Below, in pieces: positions 1 through 7,815 of a stretch of 64,000 nucleotides of DNA. The stretch's first letter is position 1; every line of letters starts with the position of its first letter. The translations under genes and the position numbers were made by a program. Origin of the DNA: Polyangiaceae bacterium (lineage in GTDB: Bacteria; Myxococcota_A; Polyangia; Polyangiales; Polyangiaceae); assembly GCA_965222375.1 (NCBI GenBank), contig CBDCTZ010000015.1, forward strand, positions 256,001-320,000, read 5' to 3'. The notes beneath the pieces are model-generated. The model worked only from the letters and a program-made list of their open reading frames with translations. It did not search any database and was not told the origin of the DNA.

Positions 1-167
1 AAATGAAAGACGGCAAGTTCACCGCCGCCAAGGACAAACCTCAGGTCGTCGAGTTCATGATGCAGAAGGTCACTCCCGAAATGGCGGGCATCTTCGGCCA
101 GCCGCCCTTCGATCCGAAGACCGGCAAAGGCTTCGGCTGCGGGGGCTGCCACACGGTCAAGATGTGA
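1..167 (+). CDS. 3' end of a c-type cytochrome-like protein (partial, runs off window start)
   Basis: Frame from nt 3 reads ...FDPKTGKGFGCGGCHTVKM* with a CxxCH heme motif; stop TGA at 165-167; not in the ORF track. Confidence 0.7.
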   Translation, partial: MKDGKFTAAKDKPQVVEFMMQKVTPEMAGIFGQPPFDPKTGKGFGCGGCHTVKM

Positions 168-181
168 CCCGGCCCGCACCG

Positions 182-328
182 ATGAGGCCCTGGCTGGTCG
201 CCACTTTGCTCTTGGCGTCCTGCTCGAAAGCGCCCGCCTCGGCATCCAGCTCGACCAAAAATCATCGCCGCTGCTCACTACGCCGCCATCACGCCGCCCC
301 CGCCCCTGAGCGCTCGGACTGCGGGTGA
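182..328 (+). CDS. Short or truncated lipoprotein-like ORF
   Basis: MRPWLVATLLLASCSK lipobox-type signal; stops after 48 aa. Confidence 0.25.
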   Translation: MRPWLVATLLLASCSKAPASASSSTKNHRRCSLRRHHAAPAPERSDCG

Positions 329-448
329 GAGTGGCGAGCGACGCGCTTGGCCCGCGGTCATGAATGTGAAGCGCCCTTGTTTCCCCGCGGGGCAGCCACG
401 TGGCACCGACTTCGCGCTTGTTCGAGCGACCGACCTGGGCCTCCGGTG

Positions 449-2536
449 CTACTTCGGCCCCTCTAGGGTGCAGGTGTCCGAGCAGCCGTCGCCGGAAACA
501 GTGTTTCCGTCGTCGCATTGTTCGCCCTCGTTCGACTGCACTTTGCCGTCACCGCAGCGCGGGCCGAATACACAATTCGCCTCGCAGCCGTTGTAGCCGC
601 CGGCGTTGACACCGTCGTCGCACTCCTCGCCGAACAGGCTGTCCACCTGGGCGTCACCACAAAAGGCGCCCAGCTTGCAGCCTGGTGCGCAGCCCGCGCT
701 GCCCGTGGTGCTGTAGGTCGTCAGGTTCGTACCGTCGTCGCATTCCTCAGGCGGATTTTGCTGGGTGCCGTCTCCGCAGCGGGGGCCAGGCTTGCAGTCC
801 TTCGTGCATGAGCCGTAGCTGCCATCGTTCTTGCCGTCGTCACAGGTTTCGTCACCGGTCACGATGCCATCGCCGCATACACTCACGCAGGTGCTCTTGG
901 CGCTGACGAAACCGCCCAGGGTCAAGTTGAAGTTCGAAGCCGTGGTGTGCCTCTCGGCGTGGAACAGAGCAATCTCGTAGACCTTGCCCTTGGTCAGGCC
1001 GAGTTGAGCCTCTAGCGCCGCGTTGATGGTAAACGAGTCCGAGCGCTGCGGGTGCAATCCGCCCAAGTCCAGCGCGAGCTTGCCAGCGACGAAAACCCAC
1101 ACGTCATCGTCGCCGCTGAAGTTCAGGGTTTCGCCACCCTTGTATTCGAACCAGGTGCGGATTTCGCTCGTGAATCCGAAATTGTGGCCGCTCGACGCAT
1201 TCTCCTTGTTTTGGGCGACCCAACCTTTGCCATCCAACGGGAAGAAGGACGCATCGGGAAAGAAGTACGTGTTGTTCGGCTGCTTGTTGAGGGTCAGCTT
1301 GGTGACCTCTTTGACGTTCACACCGGCCACGTCCGTGTACCACTGAGCAAAGTTCGCTGCCGTGGTCAGCTGCTGCCCGTAGGGGCAAGGCGGGTTGGGC
1401 GATCCGGCGTTCGAGCAAATCCCCGCGAACACCGGTTTGCCCGCCGCATTCAGGTTCGTCTGAACCAGTCCCTTCGTGGCTTGGCTGCCGCTGAAGATCT
1501 CGAAATCCGGGTGGCGAGTCGAGCCCCCCGCCGGCAAGGACACTTTGTCGCGGAACACGATGGGCACTTCGAGCTTTGCAGGCAACTGCCCCGCAACCAC
1601 CGTGCATTGAAAGCCCGCTTCCTTCTTGCAAACTGACGAGCAACCGTCGCCGTTCAGCGTATTACCGTCATCACACTCCTCGGCATCCCCGGGCAGGATC
1701 AGGCCATCACCGCATGCGGAGACGCAGGCGCCGGCGCTGCAATTGGGTTCGACTTCGCAGAACGGACTGCAACCATCACCGATGATCAGGTTGCCGTCGT
1801 CACAGGGTTCGTCGCCTTCCTTCTTTCCGTCGTTGCAGACCGTCTTGTAACAGGCCTGACCCGCTGGGCCACAGGCGTAGCCAGTCTCGCGCTTGCAAGT
1901 GGCCGAGCAGCCGTCGCCCGAGGTCGGTGTGGTGTCGTCATCCTCACACTCTTCATTGCCCGCAATGATGCCGTCGCCGCATTTGTCGGCTTCGCAGTTG
2001 GCGCCAGGGGTGGGACACTTCCAGCCGGGTTCGAGAACGCATTTGTCGGAGCAGCCATCGCCGGATGTCTTATCTCCGTCGTCACAGGTTTCCTGCCCGG
2101 TGACCTTGCCGTCTCCGCACACCACCGTAGACACGCAGGGTTGCCCCGGCGTAGGGCAGGCAAAGTTCGCTTCTACGCTCTTGCAGTCCGCCGCACAGCC
2201 GTCCCCGGAGACGCTATTGCCATCGTCGCAGACTTCTCCCGGTTGGATCTTGCCGTCTCCGCAACCCTTGATCACGACAGCGCCGTCGCCGGCGTCTGCG
2301 TCGCCACCAGCGTCTTCTTGACCGGAGTCGATGTTGATCGCAGCACCGGTCCCACCGGTGGCGCCTCCAGCAACCCCTCCGCCACCTGCGGCGCCACCGA
2401 ACGCACCGGTGCCCGAGTCTGCGACGTTCACTTCGGGTTTGCCGTCATCGCTACAATGAGCCAGCAGCGGCAACGAGAGCGCTGCCACGCCAAGGGGCAG
2501 CCAGCGCGTAGAATAAGACTGAGACAAGAATCGCAT
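449..2536 (-). CDS. Cys-rich repeat (DUF4215-type) and fibro-slime/PA14-like domain lipoprotein
   Basis: Many CGDGxxxxxExCDDGN repeats; HPDFE...FFPLD...HNFGFTSE...FSGDDDVWVF fibro-slime motifs; lipobox LAHC; start could be 2572. Confidence 0.9.
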   Translation of the reverse strand: MRFLSQSYSTRWLPLGVAALSLPLLAHCSDDGKPEVNVADSGTGAFGGAAGGGGVAGGATGGTGAAINIDSGQEDAGGDADAGDGAVVIKGCGDGKIQPGEVCDDGNSVSGDGCAADCKSVEANFACPTPGQPCVSTVVCGDGKVTGQETCDDGDKTSGDGCSDKCVLEPGWKCPTPGANCEADKCGDGIIAGNEECEDDDTTPTSGDGCSATCKRETGYACGPAGQACYKTVCNDGKKEGDEPCDDGNLIIGDGCSPFCEVEPNCSAGACVSACGDGLILPGDAEECDDGNTLNGDGCSSVCKKEAGFQCTVVAGQLPAKLEVPIVFRDKVSLPAGGSTRHPDFEIFSGSQATKGLVQTNLNAAGKPVFAGICSNAGSPNPPCPYGQQLTTAANFAQWYTDVAGVNVKEVTKLTLNKQPNNTYFFPDASFFPLDGKGWVAQNKENASSGHNFGFTSEIRTWFEYKGGETLNFSGDDDVWVFVAGKLALDLGGLHPQRSDSFTINAALEAQLGLTKGKVYEIALFHAERHTTASNFNLTLGGFVSAKSTCVSVCGDGIVTGDETCDDGKNDGSYGSCTKDCKPGPRCGDGTQQNPPEECDDGTNLTTYSTTGSAGCAPGCKLGAFCGDAQVDSLFGEECDDGVNAGGYNGCEANCVFGPRCGDGKVQSNEGEQCDDGNTVSGDGCSDTCTLEGPK

Positions 2537-2779
2537 ATCGATTAGGTATGCACCCTCGTGACGGGTCGTCAACGACGGCAGAGCGCAACCGGAGCCAACT
2601 CACCCCCCCGAGGTGACCTGATCCAGGCCGATGCGTTCGCAAGCGAACCACATCGCGGGCGCTGAGCGGGCACCTGCCGCGACACCAGGTGGGCAACGCA
2701 CCTACATCTCTGATTGTTTGGTTGGGGTCGCGGACATGGTGCGGCGCAGGGCCTCTACTCTCGACTATGGGGTGGCCTG

Positions 2780-3120
2780 TCCGTCCAGAACAAAGTGGTC
2801 CGTCGCCCTGAGGTAGAGGGGAGTTCTTCGTCGGCAGCGCGTTGGTTGGGGAGAAAGTCCAGCTCAGGCTGTCTGAATCGACTATTCGCGGTCGTGGCTT
2901 GTCGGAAGACGAGGAAACCAAGAACGGGCTGTCTGAATCGACTATTCGCGCTCGCAATGGCGCATAGGTGGAGGTCCGTTGGCGGGGCGCAATCGCCGTG
3001 ACAAGGTCGTGGCCAGCTTTCGCTGGACGCCTGGAGCGAGAGTAACGCGCTCACCGCCTCTGGACAGCCGTTGATTGGCTTTCTCAGGTCAACCTTGTGG
3101 GCTGCCGGAGTCTGGAGGTT
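2780..3120 (-). ncRNA. Putative bridge/seek RNA region of the IS110 element
   Basis: ~350-nt non-coding region downstream of the transposase (IS1111 layout); GAAA-capped hairpin CCAGC-GAAA-GCTGG; recurring GA[G/C]C-N10-GATT modules; boundaries unknown. Confidence 0.6.
2867..2950. repeat. Exact 24-bp direct repeat, two copies, 36-bp gap
   Basis: GGCTGTCTGAATCGACTATTCGCG at 2867-2890 and 2927-2950. Confidence 0.95.
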
Positions 3121-3122
3121 TT

Positions 3123-4151
3123 CTACGCCACGGTTTGCGCTGCCTTTCGATGGTTGAGCTCGTATACAGAGCCGTCGCGCCACAACGCGAAGAGCACGCC
3201 AGCTAGTTTGCGGGCCAACGCCACGGTAGCGATGAATTTGCCACGGCGTTGCTCGATTTGCTCTGCCCACTTGGACATTGGGTCGTTGGGCCGTGTACGC
3301 CGAAAGGTCCACGCCGCCTGCACCAAGTTGGTGCGCACCATCGCCGGTCCGGCCTTGGTGATCCCGAGCCGTTGCTGACGATCGCCGCTGGATTTCTCGC
3401 CCGGAGTCAGCCCAAGAAAGGCTTCGACAGAGTGAGCGCTCGGAAAACGTGTCCTGTCGTCGAGTGCTGCCACAAAGCGCATGCTGGTTGCCGGACCGAT
3501 ACCGGGCACCGTCATGAGACGCTGACAGACTGGGTCCTTCTTCGCCAGGGCCCTGAGCTCCTCGTTGGCTTCCTTGATCTGCACGTTGAGAGCTTCGATG
3601 GCCTGCAAAAGACGCTCGACGTGCTGCGGCAATCCATCGGGATGAGCGAGGGCTGCAGCGCGGAGGCGTGTGGGCAAGGTCGTGGGCTCGCCGGAGCACA
3701 TTTTCAACAGTTGCGTACGCCTCCAGCCTTGCACTGCATTTGCCAATGCCGTGCGTGCACCAAGCAGTTGCTCGCGCATTGCGCACATCGTGCGTCTGTC
3801 GCGAGCCTGCTCCGCCGGGATGTGCACCGATGGCAAGTCGATACGGCACGAGACTTCGCTGAGGACCTGCGCATCGCGCCGGTCGGTCTTGATGCCTCGA
3901 GCCCCGACCCCCAAACTGCGCACCAACGTTGCTGGGACCACACGCACCTCGTGTCCACATTCCAGAGCCCAGTCGGCGACTCGGAATGCTTCCGAACACG
4001 TTTCCAGTACAATTCGGCTCTTGGGCTGGTGCTGAAAGAAGCACATCAAACTGCTGGTCGCGATCCTCTTCTCCAGCAGAATTCCTTCGTCCGCGGCCCG
4101 CACACACACCTGCGATTGTTTTCCACCCAGATCGACTCCAATATGCTCCAT
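3123..4151 (-). CDS. IS110 family transposase/recombinase
   Basis: DEDD RuvC-like motifs GVDLG, VLET, KTDRRDA; TVPGIGP; GLTPGEKSSG catalytic Ser region; VALARKLA; GAGGAG RBS. Confidence 0.97.
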   Translation of the reverse strand: MEHIGVDLGGKQSQVCVRAADEGILLEKRIATSSLMCFFQHQPKSRIVLETCSEAFRVADWALECGHEVRVVPATLVRSLGVGARGIKTDRRDAQVLSEVSCRIDLPSVHIPAEQARDRRTMCAMREQLLGARTALANAVQGWRRTQLLKMCSGEPTTLPTRLRAAALAHPDGLPQHVERLLQAIEALNVQIKEANEELRALAKKDPVCQRLMTVPGIGPATSMRFVAALDDRTRFPSAHSVEAFLGLTPGEKSSGDRQQRLGITKAGPAMVRTNLVQAAWTFRRTRPNDPMSKWAEQIEQRRGKFIATVALARKLAGVLFALWRDGSVYELNHRKAAQTVA

Positions 4152-4238
4152 GGCTGTCTCCTCTAATCACTGCGCCTTTGAGCGCGTCTGTTGATTGAGG
4201 CCCGGTTTCCGGTGACCTCGTTAATGAGGAGACAGCCA
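4151..4238. promoter_or_regulatory. Structured element covering the transposase RBS
   Basis: 13-bp perfect stem TGGCTGTCTCCTC (4151-4163) / GAGGAGACAGCCA (4226-4238) enclosing two inner hairpins. Confidence 0.7.
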
Positions 4239-4514
4239 CTGTCGCCTCGCGCAAAGCCATCGCTCGCGCGTCCGGCGCCCAAGCGAACACCGTATGCAGA
4301 ACGGCCACCATGGCAGCCCTCCGCATCCGAAAGACGCCTCGGCGGCTACCTACCAGGTCACGAGCCACCCCATCACATCTCTGCGGGGCCGCGCGGGGTC
4401 GTAGCTCTCAAACACAGCGCCCACGCCGACACGCGCTGGGGACAATCAGTGCCTAGCACCGGCAGAGCACTCCCGGCTTGACAGGCGCAGTCTCTAGAGC
4501 CGACATGACGGACT

Positions 4515-4787
4515 ATGGACTGGAAGCTTGCACTTTCGACCTTCGCGGTCGTCTTTGCCGCCGAGATGGGCGACAAAACTCAACTCGCGACCTTTGCTTT
4601 CGCGAGCGGCGGTCGATCGAAAATAGCCGTGTTCATTGGCGCGACACTCGCCCTCGCTTTAACCAGCGCCATTGCCGTCATCGCTGGAGCTGCGGCGGGC
4701 AGGGTGGTCCCCGAAATTTGGCTCCAGCGTGGAGCGGGCGCGCTGTTCCTGGTGTTGGGAGCTGTCTACCTGGTTCGGTCGAGCTAG
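4515..4787 (+). CDS. TMEM165/GDT1 (UPF0016) family Ca/Mn transporter, single-repeat form
   Basis: EMGDKTQLAT signature; three hydrophobic segments. Confidence 0.92.
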   Translation: MDWKLALSTFAVVFAAEMGDKTQLATFAFASGGRSKIAVFIGATLALALTSAIAVIAGAAAGRVVPEIWLQRGAGALFLVLGAVYLVRSS

Positions 4788-4827
4788 AGCTATGGGTCAG
4801 CGCTGCCGCTCGCGGCGCCGCACGCTA

Positions 4828-5520
4828 TCAAGGCGAGCAACTCGCCGACCAATACGCTGGCCCCGCATCGGGTAGCGCGGCGTCCGGGGGTGGAGGAGTC
4901 GGGGATGGCGCCGCTCCGTTATTGGGTAACTTGAAGGGCAACTTCAAGCGTCCTTTCTTGGGCGCATAGACGGGCACTAGGTCGCATTGAGACGTGCCGC
5001 ACCCGGCACAGGCGCAGGCGGAGGCTGCATCGCCGAAGCACAGGTCGGAATACTTGTAGAGACAAGTCGTCATGCCAGCCTGCGAGCAAGGACCTGGATC
5101 CCAACTCGGCGCGCATTCGGCGACATGGCCGACTTGTCGGCAGCCGAATTCGCAGACGGTCGACTTGAGTGAGCAGAAGAACTTGCCGGGCACGTAGTAA
5201 GTCAACGTGTTCTTGTTGCAGGAGGACGTCGCCGGGCAGGTCAGAGCGTCTCCCGGGCCGACGTCGCTAGCCGCGTCACCGGTCGCGCCACCGGCAGCCA
5301 CGCCGTCATTCGGCGCATCGTGAGTCGCCGCACTGTCTAGACCGCCATCGCTAGCTCCGCCGGCCCCCGAGGTACCGTCGGCCTTGGGTGTGTAGGGGAT
5401 GCGCCCATCCTTGAGGGCGGGCCCGTCTGAACCCGATGCATCGACAACCTCCGTGACGTCGCGCCCAGCGCCACAGGCGGCGACCACCATCGAAAGCACC
5501 AGCAAAGCCCAACCCCGCAC
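4828..5520 (-). CDS. Hypothetical Cys-rich lipoprotein
   Basis: GTG start, signal LLVLSMVVAAC, D/G/A-rich linker, Cys-rich C-terminal half. Confidence 0.65.
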   Translation of the reverse strand: MRGWALLVLSMVVAACGAGRDVTEVVDASGSDGPALKDGRIPYTPKADGTSGAGGASDGGLDSAATHDAPNDGVAAGGATGDAASDVGPGDALTCPATSSCNKNTLTYYVPGKFFCSLKSTVCEFGCRQVGHVAECAPSWDPGPCSQAGMTTCLYKYSDLCFGDAASACACAGCGTSQCDLVPVYAPKKGRLKLPFKLPNNGAAPSPTPPPPDAALPDAGPAYWSASCSP

Positions 5521-5755
5521 GATTCGAGATCCTAGCACCGGCCGCGGCCGGCGCCGACGGGCGCAGCCACCCCGGAGCGCCGCCAGCCGTCGGCGCGGCC
5601 CAACTGCCCACCGTGCCCTCCCCCACATTGGGGGCGGGCTGTGTGCGGGGGCCAATCGGATCGGGGCGATGCCAATTGCTCGCTTTCTGTTGCCGCCCAC
5701 GGAATCGTACGCCAAAAACTAGACAGATTTTCAGTACTGGGAATATGAGTAGCTC

Positions 5756-6160
5756 ATGACCTTTTCGGACCAAGAAATCATCGTTCTGACTGCGTTTTCC
5801 TGGCTGGCCCAGACTGACCGACCTGCCACGCCCAGCGCCCTGGCCCAAACCACGGGGCTACCGCCGGTGGAGCTCAGCCACCGCATCCTTCAGCTGGAGG
5901 CGCTGGGGCTGGTGGATCGTCAGCGGCTACGGTTGACCCTGTCTGGCCTGTGCATCGCCGTGAGCGCGCAGGCTCGTCAGCGTCCCCGAACTGCGCGAAG
6001 CACTACTGCTACAGGCTGTCGCATGACCGTCAGGCGCCGGCGCGCCGCGACAGGGGCATGCGACCGGCCTGGATGGACGCAGGGCCGGCATCCAGCTCGT
6101 CGAGGAGCTGTCGCCAGCTCACGCCATTGTCGACCCCAGGGACCTTCGCGAGCTCTTTAA
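5756..6160 (+). CDS. Small winged-helix (MarR-like) protein; 3' end uncertain
   Basis: TPSALAQTTGL...ILQLEALGLVD..RLRLTLSG wHTH pattern; ORF tail overlaps a convergent ORF and the real end may be near 6027. Confidence 0.55.
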   Translation: MTFSDQEIIVLTAFSWLAQTDRPATPSALAQTTGLPPVELSHRILQLEALGLVDRQRLRLTLSGLCIAVSAQARQRPRTARSTTATGCRMTVRRRRAATGACDRPGWTQGRHPARRGAVASSRHCRPQGPSRAL

Positions 6161-6328
6161 GGGCATCCACTTCTTCCGGCACGACGGCGTTTGGAGCATC
6201 GAGGGCGTTTTCCGTCGCCCGGGCAACGGCTTCCGCGTGAGACAAGAGTTCGTGCAGTTCCTCCGGATGGATCAGCGGCTCGCCTTCTTCGGTAGTTCAG
6301 CGAGGGAATCTTTGACGGCTGCTGCCAT
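6030..6328 (-). pseudogene. Hypothetical protein with apparent 1-nt deletion
   Basis: ATG at 6328 (MAAAVKDSLAELP) joins the EEGEPLIHPEELHELL... frame if one base is added near 6291; span is 299 nt. Confidence 0.4.
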
Positions 6329-6408
6329 TTGTTTCGCTTGAAAGCGGCGACAGTGTCACCCTTCCAGCCCTTCTGGGTGCAGCGTAAACCCGCAGCGCCG
6401 ATATAACA

Positions 6409-7815
6409 ATGTCCCCGCTGCGACGTCTACTCCACTTCCTCCGTCTCGCACTGTCGAGCCACGACCACGACTTTACCCGTGGGAGTCTGGTGCGAGGAGT
6501 GCTCCTGCTGGCGGTGCCCATGGTGCTCGAGCCAATGATGGAGTCCTTCTTCATGTTGGCGGACGCATTCTTCGTTGGCCGGCTCGGACCGGACGCCGTC
6601 GCCGTGCTGGGCCTGACCGAGGCCCTGGTGGTGCTCGTATTCACCGTGGGCATGGGGCTGGGCATTCCCGCGACCGCCATGGTTGCGCAACGCGTGGGGC
6701 GCAAAGACGACGAAGGCGCGGCTCGTGCGGCAGCGCAGGCGAATTGGATCGCACTTTCGGTCGCGTTGCCAATCGCCCTGCTGGGCGGCGTGTTCGCGGA
6801 GGAGGCTCTGGGCATGATGGGGGCGAGCGCCGAGGTCAGGGCCATGGGTACGCCCTACGCGCAGATCACGTTGGCATCGGCGCCAATCATCGTGCTGTTG
6901 TTCGTCAACGCGGCGGTGCTGCGCGGCTCCGGCGATGCTGCTTCGGCGCTCTGGGCTTTGTGGATCGCCAATGGCCTGAACATCATCCTCGACCCACTGT
7001 TCATCTTTGGTCTTGGCCCCGTGCCCGGGATGGGAGTCACTGGCGCTGCCGTGGCGACCCTGCTCGGCCGCAGCTTGGGCGTCGTGTATTTGTTGTGGCG
7101 ACTGACGCGCGGTTCGCCTCGTGTGCGCGTCGCCCTCCGTCACTTCCAGATCCGCCCCGAGCTCTTGCGCGAGCTGAGCCGCCTCGCTGTCGGCGGCTTG
7201 GGGCAGCTCATCGTGGAAACCAGTAGTTGGGTGTTGCTCACGCGCATCGTCGCACTCAGTGGCAGTGTCGCGGTCGCGGGCTACACCATCGCGCTGCGCA
7301 TTCTGTTGTTCGCGTTGCTCCCGGCCTGGGGGCTGAGCGGAGCCGCGGCGACCCTGGTGGGGCAAAACCTGGGTGCGGGCCACGTGCCGCGCGCGCGGCG
7401 TGCAGTGCGCGTGACAGGCTTCGCCAACGCAGTGTTCTTGGGCGTGGTGACCATCGCCTGCGTGCTCGCGCCCGAGCCGATGATGGCTGCCTTCACGGAC
7501 GACCCCGAGGCGATCCGCTTTGGGGCCGATGGCGTCCTGGTCGTCGGGCTCGGTTACATCTTCTACGCATGGGGCATGGTGCTGACTCAAGCGCTCAATG
7601 GTGCCGGCGATACGCGCACTCCGTTCTTCCTGAACCTGGTTTGCTTTTGGGCGTTCAAGATCCCTTTGGCCTACTACCTGTCGACCCAGGTGGAAGCCAC
7701 GCGAGGGCCCCTCGGCGTCTTCATCGCGATCGCCCTCGCCTACTCACTCAATGCCGTTCTTGCTGGCGTGGCCTTCCGGCGCGCCACCTGGGGCGCAGCG
7801 CCCGAATCAGCTTAG
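6409..7815 (+). CDS. MATE family efflux transporter
   Basis: ~12 TM segments; LAVPMVLE, DAFFVGRLG, NIILDPLFIFG, GVTGAAVAT, VGQNLGAG motifs. Confidence 0.95.
   Translation: MSPLRRLLHFLRLALSSHDHDFTRGSLVRGVLLLAVPMVLEPMMESFFMLADAFFVGRLGPDAVAVLGLTEALVVLVFTVGMGLGIPATAMVAQRVGRKDDEGAARAAAQANWIALSVALPIALLGGVFAEEALGMMGASAEVRAMGTPYAQITLASAPIIVLLFVNAAVLRGSGDAASALWALWIANGLNIILDPLFIFGLGPVPGMGVTGAAVATLLGRSLGVVYLLWRLTRGSPRVRVALRHFQIRPELLRELSRLAVGGLGQLIVETSSWVLLTRIVALSGSVAVAGYTIALRILLFALLPAWGLSGAAATLVGQNLGAGHVPRARRAVRVTGFANAVFLGVVTIACVLAPEPMMAAFTDDPEAIRFGADGVLVVGLGYIFYAWGMVLTQALNGAGDTRTPFFLNLVCFWAFKIPLAYYLSTQVEATRGPLGVFIAIALAYSLNAVLAGVAFRRATWGAAPESA

Larger units (their letters stand above)
2764..4380 (-). 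mobile_element. IS110-family insertion sequence, IS1111-like group
   Basis: IS110 transposase flanked by a perfect 10-bp inverted repeat ATGGGGTGGC (2767-2776) / GCCACCCCAT (4364-4373); no long target duplication; ends uncertain by a few nt. Confidence 0.8.

Noticed and set aside
2723..2733. TTGGGGTCG(CG) motif shared with 63323-63333, ~57777 and the reverse strand near 44314 as a REP family
   Set aside because: Only 9-11 nt in GC-rich DNA, with no consistent palindromic partner
2867..2950. CRISPR mini-array (24-bp repeat with 36-bp spacer)
   Set aside because: Only two copies, no cas genes, and it lies inside an IS110 non-coding arm where it is better explained as part of the guide RNA
2755..4368. 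537-aa ORF spanning the whole IS
   Set aside because: Alternative frame over the transposase; Arg/Ala-rich with no motifs, typical of high-GC shadow ORFs
4478..4506. TTGACA promoter for the GDT1 gene
   Set aside because: The -10 at 17-nt spacing (CGACAT) is weak and leaves almost no leader
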